From Octopus bimaculoides (lineage: Eukaryota), in assembly GCF_001194135.2 (NCBI RefSeq), contig NC_068984.1, positions 114,799 to 178,798 of the forward strand: a DNA stretch of 64,000 nucleotides, in the 5' to 3' direction. Each line of letters opens with the position of its first letter. The stretch's first letter is position 1. Shown one piece after another: positions 1 through 12,251 of this stretch. The notes below the pieces were generated by a model that was not told the origin of the DNA, did no database searches, and worked only from the letters and a program-made list of their open reading frames with translations. A program made the position numbers and the translations under genes.

Positions 1-468
1 TTCTATTCCTTTTGTTGGGTTGTGGGTGAATGGCATGGAATGTCAATAACTGAAATGTCCATTCCTTCTCTAAAACAGTTTAATTTCTTTGAAACTCTTC
101 TTCCTCCTCTCGAGCAACCACTTTACTAGAGACATACAATAAAACTTTCTGTAGAGAACAGATAAAGAGATACTAACCCCTATGAATATACTGGCCCTTT
201 TAGGGTGGGAAAAGACGAGACCTACATACGTTTGTAGTTGTATATTTGCCCAACACTATTCCCCCCCGCCTTTCTTGGAATCATCCATGTTGGACCATTG
301 GATTAGTTAATTTACTATAATTACATCCATTACTCTACAAACTTACATTTTTACTGTTTCTTAAGAGAAAAGTATTTCAGAATATATCAACTGAAAGATT
401 TTTGGAGATGGAATAAAAATTGTACTTGGAACATTTTTGTATTTCATACATTCATACAATGCATACAC

Positions 469-477
469 CTCTCTCTT

Positions 478-552
<75 letters not shown>
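469..552. repeat. (CT)n microsatellite (representative of many (CT), (CA), (TA), (TAA) and (CAT) tracts)
   Basis: Direct reading. Confidence 0.97.
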
Positions 553-554
<2 letters not shown>

Positions 555-944
555 ATACATACATATATGATTATGCAAAACCAGCCAAGATGTCTCTTCT
601 CATAAATCACTTTTCGCTAGTCGACTTGCCTTCTTGAACCTCTTCTTGCAATGCCATGTGACGTCCTTCCATAATTTACTTCTCTCTCTCTCTTTCTCTC
701 CTCATCTCGACAAAAAAAGCTGCTTGCACTTCATTTTATTTATTTGTCTTAATGTTTTCTCTTAAATATAAAAAAAAAAAAATCAGTTCCTTTCTCATAT
801 TTGTTTCTGGGGGTCAACAAAATAAGTACCAGTTGAGCACTGGGGTGGGGGGTGGGTCAATGTAATCAACTAGCCCCCTACTACGCCATAATTTCAGGCC
901 TTGTGCTTGCAGAAGAAAGGATTATTGTTGTTGTTGTTGTTGTT

Positions 945-1145
945 AGGGCAGTGAGCTGGCAGTCGTAAACATGTCGGGCAAAATGCTTGACAGCATTTCT
1001 TCTTAAATACCACTAAGGTCAATGTTGACTGTCACCCTTTCAGCTTTAGCAAAATAAAGCACCAGTTAAGCACTGGGTGGGGTCAGTATAATCAACTTGA
1101 CCCCTCTCTTCAAATTGCTGGCCTTTGTGCCAAAATTTGGAACCA
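945..1145 (+). mobile_element. SINE family B (representative copy)
   Basis: GAGCTGGCAG..AAATGC..AAGTACCAG..CACTGGG..AAATTGCTGGCCTTGTGCCAAAATTTG pattern recurs at ~5350-5530, 10095-10310, 23330-23760, 31490-31690, 35775-35990 and 38645-38820. Confidence 0.75.
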
Positions 1146-1259
1146 TCATTATTATTATCATCACTGTCATTATTATTGTTTTAATCTGACTCTTCATCAC
1201 AACTAAAATTTATCTCTAAGATCTAAAATAATGATATATGGAGAAGTAATGATTGATGA

Positions 1260-1302
<43 letters not shown>

Positions 1303-2502
1303 TATATATATATGTTGTTTGTTTGGTTTTTGTTTTCTCCCATACCTTAATTTTTAAACTCCTCATTCAACTCCATATTTTACAATTCCCAACTCTGACC
1401 CCATTCCAAATCATATCTATTCTAACATCATTTATTGTTGCTGCGATCATCTTTATCATTCCCACACTTTACCACTGCTGCCCTCCTCCTCCTCCTATTA
1501 TTACTACTACTACTACTACCACCACCCTTCCTCCACCTTTCATTATACTCATGATGCTCTATCTCCTCTTTTACAAGTCAACTAGTTACATCTGGCGGAT
1601 TCTTCAAAAGTCCTCCTTAAGAATCTAAACCCAACGACAAGCAACACTAAATGTCAGACAGGTTTTATTATGCTTTCTTGTTTTTCTTTTTTCCCCCCTC
1701 TGATATAAAGTAGGGGCTGGCTGGCTGGCTAAGAAGAAATAGATAGCCCATGTAGTAATTGAAAGAACCAGATGGACTACGTGGATTCAACTTTGCAAAA
1801 TCATCACTTGTAAATAACGGCAGTTTTCATAAACCGTTCTATGGGGCAGTTAGTTATGTAATAATAAAATCTTATATTAAAAACAACAAAAGGCATACTT
1901 TTTTCTTTCTTTCTCCCATATTCTGAATCAATTTTGTGTTGGTTTATTTATTTTTTTTATCAATTATTTTTAGGTAGCTGTATGGCAACTTGGGCAGATG
2001 TCTTGTACAGGCCCAGGGCTGACCAAAGCTACTTGACTGGATCTCATAGATAGAAACTGAAATTAGCCTACATATAGATAATGTATGTTTTGTTTATTTG
2101 TTGGATTCGCAATGTAATGATGCTTAGGGAAATCTCCCTAATAATGCTGGATGTTAAAACACCCCAAAGTCATAGACCGGGTGAGACAACTTGCCTCAGA
2201 TCAGACCAAGGGTGGTGCTTGGCAATATTTTACCATTCTTATGGCTTATCAACACAACATAAACTGGGTAAAACCAAATTCAATGCCTGATCTTTCTTTA
2301 AGAACTTTTTGGTGTTGTGCTACGNNNNNNNNNNNNNNNNNNNNNNNNNNNNNNNNNNNNNNNNNNNNNNNNNNNNNNNNNNNNNNNNNNNNNNNNNNNN
2401 NNNNNNNNNNNNNNNNNNNNNNNNATATATAGATACATGTATATATCTATATATATATAGATACATGTATATATGTATATATATATGGATAGATAGATAT
2501 AT

Positions 2503-3414
2503 GTCGGGGTCTAAACATTTACACAGTGGCCATGAAGTCGGGGTCCAAATATTTACACGCTGTCCAAAAGGTCAGGGTCGAAACATTTACACAGTGGGCA
2601 ATAAAGTTGGGGTCCAATCATTTACACAGTGGCCATAAAGTCGGGGTCCAATCATTTACACACTGGCCATAAATTCGGGGTTCAAACATTTGCACAGGGG
2701 CCATAATTTCGGGGTTCAAACATTTACACAGTGGCCATAAAGACGGGGTCGAAACATTTACACAGTAGCCATAAAGTCGGGGGTTCAAACATTTGCACAG
2801 GGGACATAAATTCGAGGTCTAAACATTTAGAGAGTGGCCATAAAGTTGGGGTCCAAACATTTAAACAGTGGCCGGATAGTCGTGGTCCAAACATTTGTAC
2901 ACTGGCCATAAAGTCGGGGTCTAAAAGTTTACACAGTGGCCATAAAGGCGGGGTTCAAGCATTTGTACAGGGGCCATAAAGTAGGGCTCCAAATATTTAC
3001 ACACTGGCCATAAAGTCGGGGTCCCAAGATTTACACAGTAGCCTTAAAGTCGGGGTCCAAACATTTACACAGTGGCTACAAAGTCAGGGTCCAAACATTT
3101 ACACAGTGGCTACAAAGTCAGGGTCCAAACATTTACACAGTGGCCATAAATTCGGGATCCAAACATTTACACAGTGGCCATAAAGTCGGGGTCTAAACAT
3201 TTACACAGGCCAAAATGTCAGTGTCCAAATATTTGCACAGTAGCAATAAAGGCGGGGTCCAAACATTTACACAGTGGCTATAAAGTCGGGGTCCAAATAT
3301 TTGCGCAGTGGCCATAAAGTCGGGATCCAAATATTCGCACAGTGGCCATAAATTCAGTGTCCCAAAATTTACACAATGGCCATAAAGTCGGGGATCAAAA
3401 TATTTACACACTGG
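2503..3414. repeat. 34-bp minisatellite, ~27 copies, consensus GTCGGGGTCCAAACATTTACACAGTGGCCATAAA
   Basis: Units counted directly; head-to-tail with no spacers; scattered substitutions. Confidence 0.97.
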
Positions 3415-4683
3415 CTAGCATGGGTTGGACGATTTGCCTGAGGACTGGTGAAACCGGATGGCTACACCAGGCTCCAATCTGATTTGGCAGAGTTTCTACA
3501 GCTGGATGCCCTTCCTAACGCCAACCACTCAGAGAGTGTAGTGGGTGCTTTTACGTGTCACCCGCACGAAGGCCAGTCAGGCGGTACTGGCAACGGCCAT
3601 GCTCAAAATGGTGTATTTTATGTGCCACCCGCACAAGAGCCAGTCCAGGGGCACTGCCAACGATCTCGCTCGAAAATCCTTAGACATGCCACGGGCACAA
3701 GTACCAGAAANNNNNNNNNNNNNNNNNNNNNNNNNNNNNNNNNNNNNNNNNNNNNNNNNNNNNNNNNNNNNNNNNNNNNNNNNNNNNNNNNNNNNNNNNN
3801 NNNNNNNNNNNNNNNNNNNNNNNNNNNNNNNNNNNNNNNNNNNNNNNNNNNNNNNNNNNNNNNNNNNNNNNNNNNNNNNNNNNNNNNNNNNNNNNNNNNN
3901 NNNNNNNNNNNNNNNNNNNNNNNNNNNNNNNNNNNNNNNNNNNNNNNNNNNNNNNNNNNNNNNNNNNNNNNNNNNNNNNNNNNNNNNNNNNNNNNNNNNN
4001 NNNNNNNNNNNNNNNNNNNNNNNNNNNNNNNNNNNNNNNNNNNNNNNNNNNNNNNNNNNNNNNNNNNNNNNNNNNNNNNNNNNNNNNNNNNNNNNNNNNN
4101 NNNNNNNNNNNNNNNNNNNNNNNNNNNNNNNNNNNNNNNNNNNNNNNNNNNNNNNNNNNNNNNNNNNNNNNNNNNNNNNNNNNNNNNNNNNNNNNNNNNN
4201 NNNNNNNNNNNNNNNNNNNNNNNNNNNNNNNNNNNNNNNNNNNNNNNNNNNNNNNNNNNNNNNNNNNNNNNNNNNNNNNNNNNNNNNNNNNNNNNNNNNN
4301 NNNNNNNNNNNNNNNNNNNNNNNNNNNNNNNNNNNNNNNNNNNNNNNNNNNNNNNNNNNNNNNNNNNNNNNNNNNNNNNNNNNNNNNNNNNNNNNNNNNN
4401 NNNNNNNNNNNNNNNNNNNNNNNNNNNNNNNNNNNNNNNNNNNNNNNNNNNNNNNNNCATAAAAGACACCATTTCGAGCGTGGCCGTTTTCGTGCGGGTG
4501 ACACGTAAAAGCACCCACTACACTCTCTGAGTGGTTGGCGTTAGGAAGGGCATCCAGCTGTAGAAACTCTGCCAAATTAGACTGGAGCCTGGTGTTGCCA
4601 TCCGGTTTCACCAGTCCTCAGTCAAATCGTCCAACCCATGCTAGCATGGAAAGCAGACGTTAAACGATGATGATGATGATGAT

Positions 4684-4715
<32 letters not shown>

Positions 4716-5131
4716 CACTAAGAGCACCGTCCAAGCGTGATCGTTGCCAGAGCACCAGCTGTCGGGCTTCCGTGCCGGTGGCACGTACACTACATTGTGT
4801 AAGGCTGCCCTGACAGGGAGTCAGTCTGCTAGTTGTAGCTTATGTTGTTTCATAAAATGTTGAGTATATTTTTGTCCAGGGTCGGCCAAAAGTCATGAAG
4901 TATAAAAATGCAGTTGGTGTAACAGCTGAAGCCACCACAGATACACAATATGCAATCAGACTTTGTGACTTTTGGCCCATGCTCCATGGGTGGACATTGA
5001 ATTGAAGATGTCTATGTACAGGGATATTTGTACAGAAAATGTTAATCGAGAGAAATGGAAATACGAGAAAGAGCTGAATGAATAATAACCAACAATATTG
5101 TGGCTGCTTAGCGAAAAAAAAGAAAAATTTC

Positions 5132-5137
5132 TTTATT
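5132..5137 (-). promoter_or_regulatory. Putative polyadenylation signal of NUDT5
   Basis: AATAAA on the minus strand, ~58 nt after the stop codon. Confidence 0.45.
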
Positions 5138-5194
5138 TTTAACTTTTAGAAAAATATAATCTTGTTTGGTAAAAAAGAAAGATTATAAGAAACA

Positions 5195-5286
5195 TCAAAC
5201 TGTATGTTTTTTCTTCTTGCACTGTTCCATTGCAATTGCATAACTGTAAACTTGAGAGTTGATAACGTAACCCATGGCAGAAAATT
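5195..5286 (-). CDS. NUDT5: NUDT5 last coding exon ([30 protein letters not shown])
   Basis: TTTTCCAG acceptor; VYSYAIA motif; TGA at 5195-5197. Confidence 0.92.
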
Positions 5287-7335
5287 CTGGAAAAGATTAA
5301 CACAACATTATTTTGTGTTGAGGATAAGCTAAATTTTAAATTTTTGCACAAAGCCAACAATTTTAGTACGAGGAGGGTTAGTTGATATCATTGACACCCC
5401 CCACCCTCCCCAGTACTTTATGGAGCCTGAAAGGATGAAAGGTGAAGCTGACCTAGGTGGGATGTAAATCCAACATGTGCTGCAAGAAATGCCACTAAGC
5501 ATTGTGTCTGACATAACAAAAGATTCAGCCACTTTGTTACCTTAATAATAATTCTTTCTACTATAATAGGTCCTGGGGTCGATTAGATCGACTAAAGGTG
5601 GTGCTCCAGCATGGCCACAGTCAAATGACTGAAACAAGTAAAAAGAGTATAGGCACAAGTTCTGAAATTTTGTGGGAGGGGGCTACTCAGTTATGACCCC
5701 CCCCCCCCTATTCAACTGGTACTTATTCTATTGACCTTCAAAGGATGAAAGGTGAAGTCAACTTTGGCAGAATTTGATCTCATCATCATCATCATCATCG
5801 TCGTCGTCGTTTAACGTCCGCTTTCCATGCTAGCATGGGTTTGACAATTTGACTGAGGGCTGATGAAACCGGATGGCAACACCAGGCTCCAATCTGATTT
5901 GGCAGAGTTTCTACAGCCGGATGCCCTTCCTAACGCCAACCAGTCAGAGAGTGTAGTGGGTGCTTTTACGTGTCACCCGCATAATAATGAACAAAATGGC
6001 GGTAAGTGTTTTGTCCAGTAATGCTTTTCTGCTATAACAACATATGATAATTGTTTTACACTTATAGTACAAGGCCTGAAATTTGGAGAGAGGGCAAATG
6101 TTGGCTCCGACAGAATCTGAACTTAGTATAAAGCTAGAAAAACTGAAACTAAGCATTTTGTCCAGTGTGCTAACAATTCTGCCAGCTCACCACACCATTA
6201 TCATCATTGTCTTCATTCAACATCTGTTTTCTATGCTGGTATGGGTTAGACAGTTTGAAAACTGGTAAGCTGCACTGGGTTTCAATCTGATTTGGTATGG
6301 TTTCTACAGTTGGATGCCCTTCCTAATGCCCACCACTCCACAGAGTGTAGTGGGTGCTTTTTACATGCCAGTTACGAAAACACCAGCATTGGCCACAACT
6401 ATGATCTCACTTCACTTAGCAGGTCTTCTTCTCAAGCACAGTATATTGCCAAAGGGACCAGTCACTCATCACTGCTTCCATGAAGCACAACATTCAAAGG
6501 GTGCATTTTACATGCTACCAGCATCGGCCAGGTCTATGATTTCATTTGGCTTGATGGGTCTTCTCAAGCACATATCACCACCATAATAATTGATTATGAA
6601 TAAGGTCGTTTATATTTTTCAATGGACTTTGATAACTTCTCAAAAATGCAGGACAGGGCTTACTCGAATGTAATAGTATGCTGGGGGGGCAGGGTCATTG
6701 CCAATCTATTATTTCTATTTTGTATGGTTTAGTGATAGAAAAGTCAGGTTGTGCCATAGGGCTTTTGCAGGTTCTCTGAGAGGAAGACACACTATGCCTA
6801 GGGCCTTCACAGGCAAGGAGTGAAATTCAGACAGATAACATTTTGGGGAAGCAGGATTGTGCATAATGTTTAGTACTACCATCAGAATGGTGAAGAACAG
6901 AGAGATAATATCAGTAAAGACAGGAAGAGTGACATGTGAAAATGTGGTGGGTGTTGAGAAATGTTAAGAATTGAAATATTTTACCATTCAGTTGAACCAA
7001 TAATTCACAAACAGGAACTTTTATTGTCTCTATGAATTCTACAAAAGAGAAAACATGGCATTTTGAGAAGAATTTAAAATAAGCATTATCCTAAATCTGT
7101 TAAAGGGGCAAAACATAAACTACATGACCATCTAAGAAGCCAATGGAAGCACCATGATCATCCAAGAGGACAATAAAATCATTTTCTAGAGGTAGTTCAG
7201 AATTTAGCTTTGCAACCAAAGAGATCACAGTTCAATCTCAGCACACAACTGGGAAAATGTCTTCAACTGTGACCTTGTATTGATCAATGCCTTGTAATGC
7301 AATTTAGAAACGGGAAATTTGAAGACAGTTTCTCG

Positions 7336-7367
<32 letters not shown>

Positions 7368-7514
7368 GCTGTGCAGTTGAGAGGTTCACTTCCCAATCAT
7401 ATAGTTTCATGCTTAGTTCCTATAAATGATATCTGTTGTCTACCTTAGTTTGACCAAAGCCTTGTGAGTGGATTTGGAAGAAGGAAACTGAAAGAAGCTT
7501 GTTGCATATGTGTA

Positions 7515-7570
<56 letters not shown>

Positions 7571-10500
7571 TATGTATATGTGCATGTGTCTTTGTCCCCC
7601 AACACCACTTGACAACTGGTGTAGGTGTGTTTACATCCTCATAACTTAGCAGTTCAGCAAGAGAGACTGATAAGCTTTCCATGTGTTTGTTTTCATTTAC
7701 ACTTTCTCCTAAATCCCCGAGCTACATTGTGCTTATGTTTCTTCCTGTCAATAAAAACTACCACACTCAGCTAAAACGGACCCTGCCATGCAGAGTAGCC
7801 CTCCTGAATCAGCTCCATCCAGCTGCTCTTTCTTCCATCACGAATCTCTTCTCTTAGTCATTCGACTGGCAATAGCTCGCTCATAGTTTTAATAAAGATA
7901 GCATAAGTTAATAAGAAAGCCCTCTATATGGCCACTCAACCTGAGAGAAATAATAGCCAACTTTCTTGCACTACATTAAAAATGAAGGACTCATTGGTAA
8001 GGCTGAATAGTCAAGGAGTTCCTTTCTCAACACATGGCTTTGGGTTCATTCCCACTTTGTGCTATCTAAGGCAAGCTGTCATTTAACATTCATTTTCCAT
8101 GCTGGCATGGGTTGGACAGTTTGATAAGATCCAAATGGTCCAAGGATTGTATTGAGCTCCAATGTCTCTTTTTTGGCAGAGTCTCTAATCCTAACCCTTC
8201 TTAATGCCAACCACTTAACAGAGTATACTGGGTGCGTTTTTGTTTTTTGTAACACCAGCACTAGTGAGGTCACCATTACAAACCCCAAGAGAGATAGCTT
8301 TATGTTAAGAGAGATTATTAAAGTATGAGAGAAGGGTCCAGAGCAGATCAGGTTTCTCGGTGTAGAAAAGCAACACAGGTAATGATATTTTAAAAGAGAG
8401 GGTGAGAGTGGTGGGGGTTGGGATAAAAATAGTAGTGATGAAGTGTCTGGGTGGAACCTTCACGTATGAAGTGAGTGCAGACGGAGTGGACCAACACCTT
8501 GTGAAGGAATTTGGTAGGAAGAAGCTAAAAGAAGTCTGCTGTGTGTGTGTGTGTGAATGTATATGATTTGTGGGAAGTAGGCTACAGACAGTGGACATTA
8601 CCATTTGTAGTTGGGCTGTAACTAGTGACGTTTGTTGAGACTTCCTCTCAATAAATCATATGTTGGTTCTGCCCTTTCAGATTCCTCTGGAATTAAATAC
8701 TTGGAAAACATTGGTGACAGAAAGAGTATTATCATCATCATCATCATCATCATCATCCATCTGGCCATAATAAATCCTGCATCAATTACCTCCCTTGATA
8801 ATATGGAATAGCATGTGAAACAAATGAATACACATTATGTCACTAAAAGACTAGATGGTCATGGCTGAATTTCTTGAACTATAATGTCTGCTTAATTAAA
8901 GCTGAACAAAGAGAAACCATCTAAACAACAATAAAAATGGTGAAATAAATCAAAGAATTGATTGAAATCTTGAAATTATTGTGAAAACCATTTAATATAC
9001 ATACCACATGGTTCTGGTATCACAAGTCAGCAGAGGTGTTATGAAAATGAAAACAAGAAATATTTCAGTCAATAAATGAGAATTTGAGATAAATATATGA
9101 GAAAATGAATATTAATTTTCAAAAGCAAAAAATATTTATTGCTTGAAGAATGTAATTAAATAAAACAAAAAAATCAGTGACATACATAGTCATTCCTAAT
9201 ATTCTCTGGCAGTATTTTGTCTACAGTGAATAACACCTTATTTCTAATTTGTATAATTCCTCACATAAATATCTAACTCTAAAGCCGAAACTCAAGTTTG
9301 ACACAAGAATGCTTCAGAGGAATTGTCAAACAGCTGCTGACGTGTGTAGGATGGATCCTGTTATCAGCCAAGTCCATCATGAAGATCGCCCCGCCACCTT
9401 CTTCTGTCTGGCGGCTATAGTGAAGGAGGTAGTGTGGTGGACAAGACAGATGGACTGAAGACAGATACCTTCCTCTTTGACCAACCCCTCATTGACCTCT
9501 TCAAATTCCACTGGAAAGGGAAAGTAAAGGGTAGAGAGAGAGAGAGAAGCGAATGTGGACAGAATGACCAGTGTGAGTGAGCCTACTCTGGACATTCACT
9601 TGAAAACTGGAGAAGTTGGGAGGGGGAGAAGCAACTGCTGAAGTGCCCCTGACAGTCGGGGTAGCCAGGATGTGTGGGGTTCCTCAGCCGAGTTTAGTGT
9701 CCAATGAATGAAAGGTACGCATAAGTGGGCTGGCTACACCCCTGGCAGAAGCCTTGCATTTAGGTCTCATTTGGCTTGCCGGGTCTTCTCCCGCACAGCA
9801 TATTTCCAAAGGTCTTGGTCACAAATCATTGCCCCGGTGAGGCCTAATGTTCGAAGGTCATGCCTCACCACCTCATCCCAGGCCTACCTCTTCCACGGGT
9901 TCCATCAACTGCTGGGGTGTGGCACTTTTTCACACAGCTATTCTCGTTCATTCTCGCTACATGACCATACCAGCGCAATTGTCTCTCTTGCACACCACAA
10001 CTAATGCTTCTTAGGTCCAACTTTTCTCTCAAGGTACCTACACTCTGTCGAGTATGCACACTGACATTACACATCCATCAGAGCATAATAATAATAGTTT
10101 CTGATTTAGGTACAAAGCCAGTGATTTTGAGGGGAAGGGTTTATCTGAGAGCATTGACCCACAATACTTGACTGGTACTTTATTTTATTGGCCTTGAAAT
10201 AATGAAAGGCAAAGATGACTTTGTAGGGTTTGAACTCAGAATGTAAAAGCCACAATAAATACTGCAAGGTATTTTCCCCAACACTTTAACTATTCCGCTG
10301 CTCCCCAATAATAAAAACAATCAAGAGATGTAAAACAAACAGCTTTGGATTATTTTGGGGGGATGAAATTAGTAAACTTACCCAGGTCTGGTTTCGGTGA
10401 TTGATTGCTGGGGTCATCTCCATCAATCTGGGGGGAAAAAGAAAACGGAATGTGTAAACAATAGGTCATTGAAAATGCAATAAATCTGTGCCTAGCTCTC

Positions 10501-12189
10501 ACTCCCCAGTCCTCACACCCCTGTTCCTTTGCATCATTGCTATCCGGTAGCCCCTCCAACTCTATATATACCCAGGTCTTTTGCCACTTACTTGCACTCT
10601 TTAATCACACTCCCTTCACAATATCCTACCATTTATATTATGGCAGTTGAACCTCAAGGATATGCCCTAGCATTTGCCATCATCTACAATACAGTTGAAC
10701 ACTGGAATTGATGCAACTGACTCATCTTCTCCCCCAATATTGCTTCCCTTGTGGCAAAATTTGAAGCCCTTACTATTGTTGTTGTTGTTGTTGTTGTTGC
10801 TAATATAATATTTCCTCAGTTGTGAGTTCAGAATTTAATATAGCACCCATCTATAAAACAGTTTCATCATTCACAAATACCCAAATTTGTAAAATCTACT
10901 CTTTCAGTTATGGAGACTCTCTTTTTGCCTTGCAAACTACAAGATAACCTCGTAAGTGCTGGTGCCTCTATAAAAAAAGTACCAACTACACATTGTAAAT
11001 GCTTAGTAAATCGAATCGAGTGGTGACAACAAAAGGATTGAGAGGGAATTTTAGTCTTGCCAAGGCCAAGACTAGTTCTCCTACAGTGCTGGTGCTACTA
11101 AAAAGTGTGAAACAGTTGGTGTTAGGAAAAATATCAAGCTGAAGACCAACCTAGAGGAGGAGAAAGTATGAGGAGGCACTTTCATCTCTCTCTCTACCAT
11201 TCAGGCACAGAGAAATGAGCAGAGAAATGAAAGAATATAAATAAAGTCATGAAAACTAAATCTTATGAACAATGGATGTTGCGTAAATTCAGAAATTTAG
11301 AAAAAGGTATTATTTTAAGAAGAATATTGTCTTTAAAACTTGGGTGTTTTTGCCAAATTCAGGGCAAAATAATAAAATATATGAAAATTTCTGAATGGTT
11401 AAAGTTCTGAAGAGTGAGAGAGAATGAATAATTGACCAAAAATCCCATACAAAAATCTGTTTTGAATCTTATGAAGAATTAGGGATGTGACAGGTCTATA
11501 AAGTGAGGTTTTGTCAGGTTTCTCAAAACACCAGAAATTACACAAAATTTCGATATTTTAAGGGGTTTTCTTCTCTGTAAGAAGCAAGGGCCGTGACCTC
11601 AGCAGTCCCAGGGCAGTGCTAATGTGGCAGATGCCCAGGTGAATGTCTATAGGGAAAACTCAAAGGAGGGAAGCAATGGTCTGGCCTGAATGCTGGAAAC
11701 AGAGTGGATACTGATAAAGGTGTGAAAAGGTAAGGTATTAGGGTTGAATTGGGTGACAGAGGGGATGGTAATTGTTGAAATGCTAATCCATTAATCCAAA
11801 GCCAAGAATGGATATGAGTTAGTAGGGAAGGACATTTGAAAGTGAAAAGAAGAAAGAAGAAGCAAACATAAGCTGGGTGTGGTGGAAGAAAGAAGAGAAG
11901 AAGAAGAAGGATGAAAGAAGAAAAAGCTAAAAGAAAAAAGTAAGACAAGAGAAAAAGAGGGTGAAGGGTTTAAAAAAGGAAGAAGAAAAAGAAAAAGAAA
12001 TTTGTTTTGTCTGAGAAATTTATAAACAATTTAATATGAAAAACTGAAAAAAAATTTGTAATAAAATTGCTGTCTTACTTCAACAGTAGCCAATGTTACC
12101 AAATTGTTGCCAACTCCAGGATCAAGACAAGTTGCTGTGGAAGAGAAAGAAAGAGAACCATTTAGTAGTTGCTATATAGATGTAGATAT

Positions 12190-12251
<62 letters not shown>

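Noticed and set aside
2151-2324. Short ORF MLKHPKVIDRVRQLASDQ...
   Set aside because: No recognisable motif or splice context, and it runs into a gap.
2503-3414. CRISPR-like array (34-bp repeats)
   Set aside because: The repeats are contiguous with no unique spacers, there are no cas genes, and the context is eukaryotic. The ORFs across it are repeat translations.
3448-4611. Long ORFs of 270-360 aa in the ORF track (also 29531-30444)
   Set aside because: They are mostly X translated from N gaps plus repeat sequence.
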